Program-made: the position numbers and the translations under genes
Part shown: positions 1 to 10,416 of the stretch, one piece after another
How positions within the stretch are numbered: position 1 is the first letter of the stretch
Layout of the letters: each line of letters begins with the position of its first letter
Assembly (NCBI GenBank): GCA_043754455.1
Contig: JAYUUT010000390.1
Location: 1-51,429, forward strand
Source: Myxococcales bacterium
GTDB lineage: Bacteria; Myxococcota_A; Polyangia; Fen-1088
Direction of reading: 5' to 3'
DNA: 51,429 nt
Notes under the pieces: generated by a model
What the model saw: only the letters and a program-made list of their open reading frames with translations
Told to the model about the DNA's origin: nothing
Databases searched by the model: none

Positions 1-38
1 GACTTGACGCTATTTCGAAGACGGTGCACTAGCCAGAA

Positions 39-401
39 TCAAAACGGAATGTCGTCGTCGCCCAAAGGAGGGGCGCCTTCGTTCGGTGGGCCCGACCCAC
101 CACCGCGAGGGCTTTCAGATGCAGCAGCGGCCGTGACGACCTCGACGCTGACGGCCACGTTGTCGCCGTAGACTTTCCCTTGCCAGTCGCGCCCGCCTAG
201 CCGCCCTGTGACGAACAATACGGTGCCGGGGGTCCAGGCCTTGGCCTCGTCAGCCAAACGTCCGAACACCTTGATAGGAATCAACTGCGGGTATTGCCCC
301 TGGGTTTCAAAAATGAGCGTCAAGATGGGCTTGCCCGCCTTTGACACGAAGGTGTCGACGCGAACCAAAGTTCCCTGCCCCTCAAACGTAAACTCGCTCA
401 T
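39..401 (-). CDS. DUF3127-like / SSB-like OB-fold protein with acidic SSB-type C-terminal tail
   Basis: QYPQ...F...G...V.G.LGGRDWQGK pattern resembles DUF3127; Gly/Pro linker then terminal DDDIPF; start moved to ATG at 401 (MSEF). Confidence 0.7.
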   Translation of the reverse strand: MSEFTFEGQGTLVRVDTFVSKAGKPILTLIFETQGQYPQLIPIKVFGRLADEAKAWTPGTVLFVTGRLGGRDWQGKVYGDNVAVSVEVVTAAAASESPRGGGSGPPNEGAPPLGDDDIPF

Positions 402-449
402 GGGATTCAAATGCCACAAATCGTGGTCTAGGTCGAGCCCAAAGCCGTG

Positions 450-1478
450 TCACCGGCGCTGAGCTGCCAGCCACACAAGAGCCGCGTCATACAGAATCTC
501 GTGACCGCCTTCGAAGATTGTCACGGTGGCGTTGTTTGATTGCCGCCGGAACAAAGGCGTCTTGTCGCCGTAGCTGGGATCGGCGGTGGTCTCGGCAACT
601 AGTTCAGGGGGGACTGATTCTTTTTCGGTGAACCAGGTGATTTGTTGGTCGCTTAAACGGTCCTTCGGGTCGGCCAAGATGTTGAAGGCGCGCAGGGCGT
701 GGATGATAGGCACGCTGTCCCGTTTGTGTCCGTCGTGAATGCCAGCGGAAATGGACACGCGCCGCCCCCGCGCGGCGGAAAGGTAGGTCATGGCTGATCG
801 CTTCTTAGCCTCGTCCGCAGCCGGGGTCCCTTCCTTGGGGACACCGCCCAAGGCCACTTCAATCTCCCCCGCGTACTTCTGTCGGCGTTCGACCGATTCG
901 AAATACCAGGTCTGCAGATCGATGATGGGCACCCAGGCGGACACGGCGGTCCACATCTCCGGTGCGCGTCCGGCCAGCAACAGCGCAGCGAATCCACCCC
1001 CCGAGCCACCGGCTAAATAAATGCGTGATTCGTCCACGTTTGCGTGCTGTTTGGCGTAGGTGACGGCGCTGAGAATATCCGCCACCACCAGTTCGGACCC
1101 CATGGCCTGGGGCCGGTTGTTCTGGCCTCGAAAATCCGGGTGGATGAAAATCCAGTCGTTGGCGATGCACCAATTTGCGTAGGGAACGCCCGTCTTTTGC
1201 AGATAACCACCTGACCAGGAATGTAGGGCCACCAGCAGGGGGCGGCGGATCTGCGACTTGGATGCATAGAACAAAGCGTGCTGTTCGGTCCCGTCACCCG
1301 AACTGGCGACGCGCACGTCAGCAACAGCCTGGGGCCAGTCCTCGATGCGACCTTTTTCGATTTCGGCCCGGGTCAGGTTGCCGGTCTTGGTCAGCGAGGC
1401 GCACCCGGCGCAGGCGACCAGGAAAAACACGCCAATTAGACGAAATCGGTCGGCAGGGCTGAAGTTCTGGATTCGCAT
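450..1478 (-). CDS. Secreted/lipoprotein alpha/beta hydrolase (S9-like esterase/peptidase)
   Basis: Hydrophobic N-terminus with ACAGC; ALHSW; nucleophile elbow GGSGGG after 'VDESRIYLA'; C-terminal FEGGHE. Confidence 0.8.
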   Translation of the reverse strand: MRIQNFSPADRFRLIGVFFLVACAGCASLTKTGNLTRAEIEKGRIEDWPQAVADVRVASSGDGTEQHALFYASKSQIRRPLLVALHSWSGGYLQKTGVPYANWCIANDWIFIHPDFRGQNNRPQAMGSELVVADILSAVTYAKQHANVDESRIYLAGGSGGGFAALLLAGRAPEMWTAVSAWVPIIDLQTWYFESVERRQKYAGEIEVALGGVPKEGTPAADEAKKRSAMTYLSAARGRRVSISAGIHDGHKRDSVPIIHALRAFNILADPKDRLSDQQITWFTEKESVPPELVAETTADPSYGDKTPLFRRQSNNATVTIFEGGHEILYDAALVWLAAQRR

Positions 1479-1553
1479 GGCGGCGGCAGTCTAGCGCGAT
1501 TGCGTCCCCCTTGGCCGCGATCGCCGGACCGGTGCTAAAAGATCGCCCGTACC

Positions 1554-2570
1554 GTGTTTTTTGAAAACGTCAGCATTCTGGGACTTGCCCAGGTCATCCC
1601 GCCCCACCGGGTCGCCTCGTCCGAAATAGATGCGGCTATGGCAGACACGTATGCGCGTCTGGGGCTGCCGGCTCGGCTGTTGGAATCGTTGACGGGGGTT
1701 TGCGCGCGGCGTTTCTGGGATATCGGGGCGCGTCCTAGTGATGGCGCCACACAGGTCGGGAAAAAATTGATCGACGAAACCGGCATCGACGCTTCCCGCA
1801 TTGGGGTGCTGATCAATACATCCGTATGCCATGATTTTGTGGAACCATCCGTGGCCTGCGTGGTGCACGCCAACCTGGGGCTTGCGGAAACCTGCCTGAA
1901 TTTCGACGTGTCCAATGCGTGTCTGGGATTTCTCGATGGCATGGCGGTTGTGGGCAACATGATCGAACGGGGCCAGATTGAATATGGGTTGATCGTCGAT
2001 GCCGAAGACAGCCGGTATGTGGTGGAACAAACGCTGCAGCGTCTGCGCGGCCCCGCCTGCGACCAGGTCATGTTGCGCGAACAACTGCCGACGTTGACCG
2101 TGGGATCGGGTGCAGCGGCTATGCTGCTGGGGCCGTCGCGATTGGCATCCGGGGCCCCGCGGTTTTTGGGCGGTGTCAGTCTGGCGGGCACCCGTCACAA
2201 CCAATTATGTCGCGGGACCTTGGATACCGGCATCACCGACACGCGCAATCTTTTGGCCGCTGGCGTGGATCTGGCCAAACGCACCTGGACCCGGGCGCAG
2301 CAGGTTTTTGGCTGGAACGCAGACACCGTGGATCTGTTCGCTCTGCACCAGGTCAGCGAATTGCATACCCAAGAACTGGCCCGCACCCTGGGATTTCCAT
2401 TGTCCAAGGCCGCCCTTGTCTATCCCGAACTAGGCAACGTGGGTCCCGCGTCGGTTCCTATGGCGTTGGCCCAGGCCCGGGACGCGGAACGGTTGTCATC
2501 GGGCGATCAGGTGATTCTAGGCGGCATCGGCAGCGGGCTGAACTGCACGGCTGCGGCCGTGGCGTGGTGA
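1554..2570 (+). CDS. oleA: OleA acyl-CoA condensing thiolase (olefin biosynthesis)
   Basis: Catalytic motifs VEPS (Glu), SNAC (Cys), HQVS, GNVGPAS; ends GIGSGLNC..W as in Xanthomonas OleA; first gene of a four-gene cluster. Confidence 0.92.
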   Translation: MFFENVSILGLAQVIPPHRVASSEIDAAMADTYARLGLPARLLESLTGVCARRFWDIGARPSDGATQVGKKLIDETGIDASRIGVLINTSVCHDFVEPSVACVVHANLGLAETCLNFDVSNACLGFLDGMAVVGNMIERGQIEYGLIVDAEDSRYVVEQTLQRLRGPACDQVMLREQLPTLTVGSGAAAMLLGPSRLASGAPRFLGGVSLAGTRHNQLCRGTLDTGITDTRNLLAAGVDLAKRTWTRAQQVFGWNADTVDLFALHQVSELHTQELARTLGFPLSKAALVYPELGNVGPASVPMALAQARDAERLSSGDQVILGGIGSGLNCTAAAVAW

Positions 2571-2571
2571 C

Positions 2572-3468
2572 GTGACCGCCCCGATCGTGGACCGGGCTCT
2601 GTTTCCTTTCGAGGGAAAGTTTTTTTTCCGAAATGGCCTGCGGCAACATTATCTGGACGAAGGGCACGGCGATCCCATCGTCATGCTGCACGGAAACCCC
2701 AGTTGGTCATTTTATTACCGCAACCTGACCCTGGCATTGCGGGAACAATACCGGGTGATCGTGCCCGACCATATCGGCATGGGGCTGTCCGATAAACCGG
2801 GTGACAGCGCCTATGACTACCGTTTGAAATCACGTGTTGATGATCTGGACGCGCTGATCGACAGCCTGAAGCTGAACCGCCCGATAACCTTGGTGATGCA
2901 CGACTGGGGCGGCATGATCGGGATGGCCTATGCGCAAAGGACTCCCGCCTGCATTGCCCGGTTGGTCCTGTTCAACACGGCTGCGTTTCATCTGCCCGCC
3001 CCGATGCGGCTGCCGCGTGCGCTGGCCTTGATCCGCAACACATCCTTAGGGTCGTTGTTGGTTCGGGGTGGCAATGTTTTTGCCAAGGGGGCTGCGCAGG
3101 TGGGGTGCAAACGCCGACCCCTGTCCCAGGTTTTGCGTCGCGCGTATTGCGCCCCCTATGACTCGTGGGCGAACCGCATCGCGACCCTGCGGTTTGTGCA
3201 GGATATCCCCATGGTGCCCACCGACCCGTCCTACGATCTGGTCAGCAAAGTGCAGGCGGGCCTTTCCCAGTTCCAATCCACCCCGGCGATGTTTTGCTGG
3301 GGCGATCGCGATTTTGTATTCACCCCGGCCGTCCTGGATGTATGGCGGACGTATTGGCCGCAGGCACAGGTCCACCAATTTGCCGACTGTGGTCACTATG
3401 TTTTGGAAGACGCAGCGTCTGAAATCACCACGCTGGTTCAGGATTTTCTGAAGGCCCATCCGGTATGA
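2572..3468 (+). CDS. oleB: OleB beta-lactone decarboxylase (haloalkane dehalogenase-like)
   Basis: HGNPSW, PDHIGMGLSDKP, HDWGG nucleophile, GHYVLED; lies between oleA and oleC. Confidence 0.9.
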   Translation: MTAPIVDRALFPFEGKFFFRNGLRQHYLDEGHGDPIVMLHGNPSWSFYYRNLTLALREQYRVIVPDHIGMGLSDKPGDSAYDYRLKSRVDDLDALIDSLKLNRPITLVMHDWGGMIGMAYAQRTPACIARLVLFNTAAFHLPAPMRLPRALALIRNTSLGSLLVRGGNVFAKGAAQVGCKRRPLSQVLRRAYCAPYDSWANRIATLRFVQDIPMVPTDPSYDLVSKVQAGLSQFQSTPAMFCWGDRDFVFTPAVLDVWRTYWPQAQVHQFADCGHYVLEDAASEITTLVQDFLKAHPV

Positions 3469-5132
3469 CGGATACCGGCGCGCCCGTCGTCAATATCGCC
3501 GCGTGCCTGCCGCAATTGACCGCCCAGCGTCCCACCGCCATTGCCATTTGTCATCCGCAGGGGCGGGATCAAAACGGACGCGTGCTGTACCGGCGGGTGA
3601 CGTACCAACAACTAAACGACGACAGCGACGCCATCGCGCGGGGGTTGACCCAGCATGGAATCGGACGTGGGGTGCGGGTGGCGCTGATGGTTCCGCCGGG
3701 TCCCGCCTTCTTCGCCCTGGCGTTCGGGATGGCCAAGGCCGGGGTGGTGCCCGTGTTGGTTGACCCCGGCATAGGGATTCGCAGAATCAAGGACTGTCTT
3801 GTGCGGGCTGAACCGCAGGCGTTTATCGGGACACCCAAGGCCCAGCTGGCGCGGCTTTGTCTGGGGTGGGGCCGGGGCACCATCACCCGTACGGTGACGG
3901 TCGGGGGGCCGCCGTTTCCCGGTGCCTTGCGTTTGTCCCGGGTGATTCAAACCGGGCGCGCCCTGAACACAACGGCACTGGTTCCCACGCGATCCGACGA
4001 AACCGCCGCCATCTTGTTCACCAGCGGCAGCACGGGCCCGCCCAAGGGCGTGGTTTATACCCACGGGCATTTTGCCGCGCAGGTGGCGTCCTTGCGGCGC
4101 ATCGCCAATCTGGGTGCGAATGAAATTGATCTGCCGACGTTTCCGCCTTTCGCCTTGTTTGATCCGGCACTGGGCATGACGACCGTGGTGCCGCAAATGG
4201 ATTTCACCCGCCCCGCCGCAGTTGATCCGCAGATGATCATTCGCGCCATCAATGATGAAACTGTCACCAACCTGTTTGCATCCCCCGCGTTGCTGGCGAC
4301 GGTGGCTAGGTGGGCGGTCCCCCGCGCTGTGAAATTGCCGTCCTTACGCCGGGTGATTTCGGCAGGGGCGCCCGTGCCTGCGTCTGTGGTGCGCGCCTTT
4401 GCGTCCCTGTTGAACCCCGATGCGCGCATCATCACACCGTATGGCGCCACCGAATCTTTGCCCGTCGCCATCATTGACGATCGCGAAATTCTGGGTGAAA
4501 CCGCCGCCCGCACGGATTTGGGACACGGTCTTTGCGTAGGCAGGCCGGTTGCCGAAATCGATGCAGCCATCGTTTCTATTTCCGACGGCGGCCTTGGCGC
4601 ATGGGACGAATCCCTGCGCTGCGCCCCGGGCGTGTGGGGTGAAATTGCCGTCAAAGGCGCCGCTGTCACCCGCCACTACATCAACGACGACCGCGCGACC
4701 CGCCTGGCAAAAATTCCCGACGGTCCCGGCACGGGATTCTGGCACCGCATGGGCGATCTTGGTTACCTAGATGAACAGGGACGTCTGTGGTTTTGCGGCC
4801 GAAAATCCCAGCGCGTGATCTTGGCCGATGGACGCACGTTGCTCACCATCCCGGTTGAAGGCGTGTTCAACACCCACGCCCAGGTTCGCCGGTCGGCGTT
4901 GGTGGCGGTCCGGCGTGGCGCCGCCGTTGTGCCCGTTGTGTGCGTCGAACTTGAACCCACCTGCAGCCCTTCGGATCTGAATGCCAGCCTCCTGGCCTTG
5001 GGCCAGGCCCATCCGGTCACGGCCGACATCAAACATTTTCTGGTTCATCCAGGCTTTCCCGTCGACATTCGCCACAACGCGAAAATCAACCGCGAAGCCC
5101 TGTCCCAATGGGCGCAGGCCCGGCTGCCATGA
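3465..5132 (+). CDS. oleC: OleC beta-lactone synthetase (AMP-forming ligase)
   Basis: FTSGSTGPPKG, DLPTFPPFALF, YGATE, HRMGD, FPVDIRHNAKI; ATGA overlaps with both neighbours. Confidence 0.92.
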   Translation: MTDTGAPVVNIAACLPQLTAQRPTAIAICHPQGRDQNGRVLYRRVTYQQLNDDSDAIARGLTQHGIGRGVRVALMVPPGPAFFALAFGMAKAGVVPVLVDPGIGIRRIKDCLVRAEPQAFIGTPKAQLARLCLGWGRGTITRTVTVGGPPFPGALRLSRVIQTGRALNTTALVPTRSDETAAILFTSGSTGPPKGVVYTHGHFAAQVASLRRIANLGANEIDLPTFPPFALFDPALGMTTVVPQMDFTRPAAVDPQMIIRAINDETVTNLFASPALLATVARWAVPRAVKLPSLRRVISAGAPVPASVVRAFASLLNPDARIITPYGATESLPVAIIDDREILGETAARTDLGHGLCVGRPVAEIDAAIVSISDGGLGAWDESLRCAPGVWGEIAVKGAAVTRHYINDDRATRLAKIPDGPGTGFWHRMGDLGYLDEQGRLWFCGRKSQRVILADGRTLLTIPVEGVFNTHAQVRRSALVAVRRGAAVVPVVCVELEPTCSPSDLNASLLALGQAHPVTADIKHFLVHPGFPVDIRHNAKINREALSQWAQARLP

Positions 5133-6130
5133 AGATCCTGGTGACCGGAGGAGGTGGCTTTTTGGGACGCGCCGTGGTGTTGGCGCTTCACGATCGAGGC
5201 GACGACGTGCGCATCTTGGGGCGATCTGATCAACCCGACCTGCGCCGCCTAGGCGTTGATGTGGTGCGGGGGGATGTGGCTGATGCCGCCATCGTCAACA
5301 CCGCGGTCATGGGCTGCGACGCCGTCATTCACAGTGCTGCCAAGGTCGGCAGTTGGGGGCGTGCCGCGGATTTTTACAGCACAAATGTCACCGGTACGCA
5401 GAACGTGATCGACGCGTGTCGGGCCGCCCGGGTGGGGAAACTGATCTTCACAAGTTCTCCTTCAGTGGCCCATGCTGGTGGCGACATCGAAGGCATAGAT
5501 GAATCGCACCCGGCGCCCACCCAATTCGACGCGCACTATCCCCGCACCAAGGCCCAGGCGGAACGGTTGGTCTTGGCTGCCAACAGCCTCACCTTGTCGA
5601 CAGTCGCGCTGCGCCCTCATTTACTTTTTGGGCCGGGGGATACACATTTATTGCCCCGCGCGCTGAAACAGGCCCGTGCGGGGCGTCTTCGTTTACCCGG
5701 CGGCCCCCCTAAACTAGTCGATTGTACATACATCGACAATGCGGTTGATGCCCACCTGCTGGCCCTGGACCACGTCGGCGTTTCGGCGCCGTGTGCAGGA
5801 CGTGCCTATTTCATCAGCCAGGGACAGCCCCTGGCCTTGACTGAACTTATCAACCGTGTGCTGGGCGCAGCCGGGGAGCCTCCGGTGCGAAAATTCGTAT
5901 CGCCACGGACCTTGTGGTGGACAGCCCTAGCCGCCGAGGCAATCTACACCCTGCTGTTTATTCGTGATCGCGAGCCCCCCGTCACCCGTTTCGTGGCCCG
6001 CCAATTGACCACCGCACATTGGTTCAACCTCGGCGCCGCCCGTCGCGACCTGGGCTATATCCCCCGGGTCTCAATTGACGAAGGTCTGGCGCGGCTGGCG
6101 CGTACCCTTAGTTCGGCATCGGGAACATAG
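5129..6130 (+). CDS. oleD: OleD 2-alkyl-3-oxoalkanoate reductase (extended SDR)
   Basis: TGGGGFLG, TSSPSV, YPRTK (YxxxK), ALRPH; ATG at 5129 overlaps the oleC stop. Confidence 0.9.
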   Translation: MKILVTGGGGFLGRAVVLALHDRGDDVRILGRSDQPDLRRLGVDVVRGDVADAAIVNTAVMGCDAVIHSAAKVGSWGRAADFYSTNVTGTQNVIDACRAARVGKLIFTSSPSVAHAGGDIEGIDESHPAPTQFDAHYPRTKAQAERLVLAANSLTLSTVALRPHLLFGPGDTHLLPRALKQARAGRLRLPGGPPKLVDCTYIDNAVDAHLLALDHVGVSAPCAGRAYFISQGQPLALTELINRVLGAAGEPPVRKFVSPRTLWWTALAAEAIYTLLFIRDREPPVTRFVARQLTTAHWFNLGAARRDLGYIPRVSIDEGLARLARTLSSASGT

Positions 6131-6260
6131 ACTGACCGGACGGTATGCTTGCCGCTTCGCTGTCGGCCAAACGGCGTTCCGAAATTGCAAAAGCATGCAG
6201 CCCATGCGCGCTGGGCCCGGTCAAGGAACGGTGTTTTAACAGTCCAAGGGATTAGGCAGG

Positions 6261-6350
6261 CGGCGGGGGCTTCGGGGCGGCGCGAACTTTCGGAATAGGC
6301 ATCATCGGCCTTGACGCGAAAGCATAAGGCTGTTTTTATTTCCTATGCTC
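6261..6350 (+). repeat. Dispersed repeat family A, copy 1 (full)
   Basis: cggcgggggcttcggggcggcgcgaa...aataggca-N8-cttgacgcgaaa-N9-tgttt-N2-atttcctatgctc; recurs at 8409, 12566 and 14188. Confidence 0.85.
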
Positions 6351-6602
6351 CCAGGCTTCCGGGAACCTCTTTCACGGCACTGACGGCCCAGCCGAAGGTT
6401 TCAGGCCCCACGCCCCGGGATTTGCCGCACCGACCGAGGGGACGTCGAAGGGTGCGTGACCGCCTTCTTGGATCGCATCGTCCTTGGCACTGTGCCCATG
6501 ACGACTTTTTCATGATCATGCTCGTCTTCAGGCAAGGCGGTTCAAGACATCCGCCCTCTCACTTGGAAGAAGAAAGGCAGCGAGAACGCGTAATCGGCGT
6601 GT

Positions 6603-8213
6603 TTGCAGGACACTCTTCATTGTCGAAAGAATAACACCTTGTTGTCAGAAAATTTACCCGTAGTCATTGTCGGATCGGGCCTGGCCGGACTAGCGGCCGC
6701 CTATGCATTGTCCCAGGGCGGCACCCAGGTAATTCTCCTTGAATCCCATCCGACTCAGTTCGGCGGTAGGACGATGGGTCTCGCTCCCATCGAGTTCATT
6801 GATAACGGAGCGAGGCACGTTTTTCCGCTCGACCACGGCCAACACTGCCTGTGGACCCAGTACCACAACATGCGCTGGCTTCTTGGCGAGATCGGACTGA
6901 TCTCCGAGCTTGTGCCCACGGAAGGGACGCAGTTCATTGTGGACGACGGCATCCGCGTCACGCGAACACCACGCCTCGACACGGATCCGCGCTCTCCGCA
7001 TCCAACATTCGCGCACTTCTTTTTCCACCTGTTGAGTTCAACCGGATTTCTCGAACTGTCTCGCCGTGATCGCGTGAAGATGATTCGGCTATCACCAAAA
7101 CTAGCCACCGCAGCCGCCTTCAGCCACGCAAGGGACTATGAGCGTTGGGACACAGTGAGTCTTGCAACTTTTTTCTCTTGGATCGGCCTCCCCCCCCGAC
7201 TGCAGACAATCTCTCAGGCTCTGCAAAAAGCGAGCACGTTCCACGCGGCAGAGGAGATGAGTGCAGCATGGGGTCTTTCGATGCTCGAGTCGACCATGCT
7301 GGGCGGACCGAACGACCACAAGATGTGGTGCTTCCGATCCAGCCTTGAGCGTTCCCTCATTGGTCCCTTGGTCAAACGCTTGCGGGCACGTGGAGTGAAG
7401 ACCCGGCTCAATGCGAACGCCTCTGGGGTCGTACTGGATGGCGACAGAGTTATGGCCGTAAAGGTGATGGCTGATGGCGCTGAAAATCCTGAGACCATCC
7501 CTTGTTCGGCCGTCATATCAGCTTGCGATATTCCAGGTTTCCGGCACTTTTTGCTACACGACCTGGGGCATATCCAGGAGGTGCGAGCGACGGCTCGTCT
7601 TGAAACTGTTTCGAACGTGACGATCCGCGTATTTTCCCGCATACGCCTCCCCCCCGGGGAACCATGGATGGGCATCTTCGCCGGCCCGCGATTCCGACTG
7701 CTCGACGACTACTTTATCCTCTCGCGTTACCAGATCGACTTTGAGGATTGGAAGGATCGAGGAGGAGAGATCATCGAGATACACAGCTATTTTGGCTCTT
7801 GCGAGATTGACCCCCGTCGAGTCCCGGAAACCGTGATCAAGAAACTCATCGAAGAGGAGTTGTTCCTCGCCTGGCCCTCCCTGAGGGGTCACATCGCGCA
7901 TATCCACGTCCACTCTAACCCACGCACATTCGACAAGCAGTTCGTGGGATCGTCCGCATACCAGCCCCAGATGAAGACGAAGATTCAAGGACTCTTCCTG
8001 TGTGGGAGTTGGATCAAGACAAAAACGGCGATCCACGACATGGAGAAGGCGGTCACCACGGGACTTGAGGCAGCCAATGCCGTCACTGATGAACTGGGCC
8101 TGACGGGCTTTGCAATCCGATCCAACCGCCCTCATTCGCTCCTACAGCGAGCCATACAACTCGCCGGACCCATGCTTCCGGAACCTCCGGGTGTACGTCG
8201 CCGACAGCAGTGA
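6603..8213 (+). CDS. FAD-dependent oxidoreductase, amine oxidase/carotenoid desaturase (CrtU/HpnE-like) superfamily
   Basis: VIVGSGLAGLAAA Rossmann motif, GGR, DHGQH, C-terminal LFLCGSW...MEKAVTTGLEAAN; start uncertain. Confidence 0.75.
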   Translation: MQDTLHCRKNNTLLSENLPVVIVGSGLAGLAAAYALSQGGTQVILLESHPTQFGGRTMGLAPIEFIDNGARHVFPLDHGQHCLWTQYHNMRWLLGEIGLISELVPTEGTQFIVDDGIRVTRTPRLDTDPRSPHPTFAHFFFHLLSSTGFLELSRRDRVKMIRLSPKLATAAAFSHARDYERWDTVSLATFFSWIGLPPRLQTISQALQKASTFHAAEEMSAAWGLSMLESTMLGGPNDHKMWCFRSSLERSLIGPLVKRLRARGVKTRLNANASGVVLDGDRVMAVKVMADGAENPETIPCSAVISACDIPGFRHFLLHDLGHIQEVRATARLETVSNVTIRVFSRIRLPPGEPWMGIFAGPRFRLLDDYFILSRYQIDFEDWKDRGGEIIEIHSYFGSCEIDPRRVPETVIKKLIEEELFLAWPSLRGHIAHIHVHSNPRTFDKQFVGSSAYQPQMKTKIQGLFLCGSWIKTKTAIHDMEKAVTTGLEAANAVTDELGLTGFAIRSNRPHSLLQRAIQLAGPMLPEPPGVRRRQQ

Positions 8214-8408
8214 TCATTGACGCGACCAGCAGCCAGCGTGGTTCACAACCCGGACGCGTGGTCGGGGGCTGACACACCGTCTGGGCCTGTTTGGCAGCGG
8301 TGACGGCCCGACCGAAGCTTCCCTCCATGAAGGACACCGGGCGGCGTCGAGTGTCCCTGACGGTAACCATTCGCATGGCTTCGCCGGCGGCAGGCGGGCT
8401 GGGCCCGA

Positions 8409-8456
8409 CGGCGGGGGCTTCGGGGCGGCGCGAATTTTACGGAAGAAAATAGGCAT
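8409..8456 (+). repeat. Dispersed repeat family A, copy 2 (left half)
   Basis: 8409-8434 is identical over 26 nt to 6261-6286, followed by aataggcat. Confidence 0.85.
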
Positions 8457-8784
8457 TTGCGAGGGTCGAGCGAGGAAGGTGGTGAGCCTGACTCACCACC
8501 GCGTGAACGAGCATCCGCGTAAATGCCGGGTGGACGAAGACGATGCGCGGCAGCCGTGCAGGGACGAGGACTATGGGTTTGCTGACGATCGGGCCCGGGG
8601 CGGGCGCTATCGCAGGCACTATCGCGCCCCGCTTTTCCAAAACCGCACGACCCGAACGGCAGTCCGGCGGACCACCGCCTCGATGTCGTCTTGGTCGGGC
8701 GCGGGCGTTGGATGAAACACCGGTGCCCCGCCAGTCGCATCGGGCACATGCAGCGAAAAATCTCCCGTTTGCGGCAGTGCTAAG

Positions 8785-8824
8785 GCGGGGGGGGCTTCGG
8801 CGCCGTCCTCGGGGCGCGGCTTTT
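8785..8824 (+). repeat. Degenerate left extension of repeat family A
   Basis: gc-G8-ctt also at 12534-12546, followed by a tcggggcg-like block and a T-run. Confidence 0.45.
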
Positions 8825-9128
8825 GCCAGTAGAAAGCTTCATACTTATTAATTTTACGGCGGTAACTTTGAAAGTTCCCTTCTTTGCGTTCGCCTCGGCA
8901 AATATCGTGGGTTTGCTTCCCGACATTCTTCTGTTTTCGGTGTTGTCAGGACGAGTGGCTGCTTTTTGGCTTGAGACCTCGTTAACGAACGCAATGATTG
9001 CCGTCGACGCTGCAGCCTTGGTGGTTGCAATTCTAATGTCGATTCGCTCTCGGGTACGAGAATACACCTCCTGTTCTACCCGAGTCGCTGTCCCCAAAGA
9101 GTCCCCAGATCCGTCCGGCGAGGAATGA
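8823..9128 (+). pseudogene. C-terminal fragment of a DedA/VTT (SNARE-associated) membrane protein
   Basis: PVESFILINFTA...F.FASANIVGLLPDI plus a final TM helix fits the VTT C-terminal pattern; N-terminal half missing, starts at the repeat. Confidence 0.55.
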
Positions 9129-9255
9129 AGTGGGTGTTGACATCGCCCTTCATGAATTTCACACCGCTTCCCCAATCCGCATGATCTACAGTCGAAGGGC
9201 ACGAGCGCAAGCTTTTTCAAGACGCCAGAAGTGTCCCTAGATACGATGGGCCAAC

Positions 9256-10416
9256 ATGCCATCACCAATGTCGCTCAGAGGCCGCTGGTTCCTGATCCTA
9301 GTCTTAATGTTTGCGACCTCTCCGGCCTGCGCGACGGACATTGCGGGCCAGCGCTTACCGGCGCACCGCTTTAAGCCCGCCCTCGACGCTTTCGATACGC
9401 CCGATAACGTTGCGACCTTGCACTACTACGGGTCGGGCGGTTGGGGCATCCTATGGCGGGGCGTCTATATCATGACGGCGCCGTACTTCTCCAATCATCC
9501 GCTATCGGCCCTTCTGTTGAACCAGCTGGTGCCGCCACAACTGGACCTGATCGAAGCTGGTTTCAAAAATACACCCGCCAAAAGGGCAGCCCTGATTCTC
9601 GTCGGGCACGGTCACATTGATCACGCTGGCGATATTGGCGGCTTTTTCGAGGCGGGTCTGCCACGAGGCAAGGTGGGTCTTGTAGCCGATGCTTCGGTTG
9701 TCGACATGCTGGGCAGCACGCGGGAACAGTTTCGATGTCGTGTGGCCTTAGGCGCCGATGACGACGGCAAGCCCCTTGAATCCAACACGGCGGCGAACAA
9801 AGCTTGCATACCTACAGCTTTCCGGATCACGCCCCTTCATTCGGGACACGCGCCTCACGCGCACCTTTTGGGCTTGAACATCGAAGCCTTCGGTGGTCGG
9901 GTGTCTGCCCCACGGGGGGAGCCACCGAGAAGCGCCAATGACTACAAGCTAGGTTATCCGCACGCGTATCTCATCGATCTGGTGGATGCCAAGGGAAAGG
10001 TGGCCTTTCGCATTCACTACATGGACGCCGCATCAGAACCACCACACGCGCTTATCGACCTCAAAGCGCAGACCGATCCGCGCGACGTGGATCTGCATAT
10101 TGGCTGCGCGGCTGGCTACGATATGGTCACGGACTATCCCGAGGCCGTGGTCGCGTCGACCCGCGTGCACTTTGTTCTGGCCGCACACTGGGAGAATTTT
10201 TTCAAAGAGCCCACGGCCCGGCTGGCGCTGGTGCCTTCAATCCTGAACGAGAAGAAGATGAACGCGCTGATCAAGCGAATCGAAGCCGCCATCAAGCCTG
10301 ACACTCCCAAGCTGTCGCCCCTCGATCTGTGCGACGCGACCCATCCCTGCGGACCGCGCGGCGAACGGTGGGCCGTGCCCATCCCAAGGGAAACCCTGCA
10401 CTTTCACACACAATGA
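9256..10416 (+). CDS. Secreted metallo-beta-lactamase-fold hydrolase
   Basis: Signal peptide; HGHIDH (HxHxDH); later SGHAPH and AHWENFF. Confidence 0.75.
   Translation: MPSPMSLRGRWFLILVLMFATSPACATDIAGQRLPAHRFKPALDAFDTPDNVATLHYYGSGGWGILWRGVYIMTAPYFSNHPLSALLLNQLVPPQLDLIEAGFKNTPAKRAALILVGHGHIDHAGDIGGFFEAGLPRGKVGLVADASVVDMLGSTREQFRCRVALGADDDGKPLESNTAANKACIPTAFRITPLHSGHAPHAHLLGLNIEAFGGRVSAPRGEPPRSANDYKLGYPHAYLIDLVDAKGKVAFRIHYMDAASEPPHALIDLKAQTDPRDVDLHIGCAAGYDMVTDYPEAVVASTRVHFVLAAHWENFFKEPTARLALVPSILNEKKMNALIKRIEAAIKPDTPKLSPLDLCDATHPCGPRGERWAVPIPRETLHFHTQ

Noticed and set aside
6311-6349. Sigma70 promoter within repeat A (TTGACG...TATGCT)
   Set aside because: Spacer is 27 bp, far from 17
8780-9268. 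162-aa minus-strand ORF
   Set aside because: No recognisable motif; the opposite strand has a better VTT-like reading
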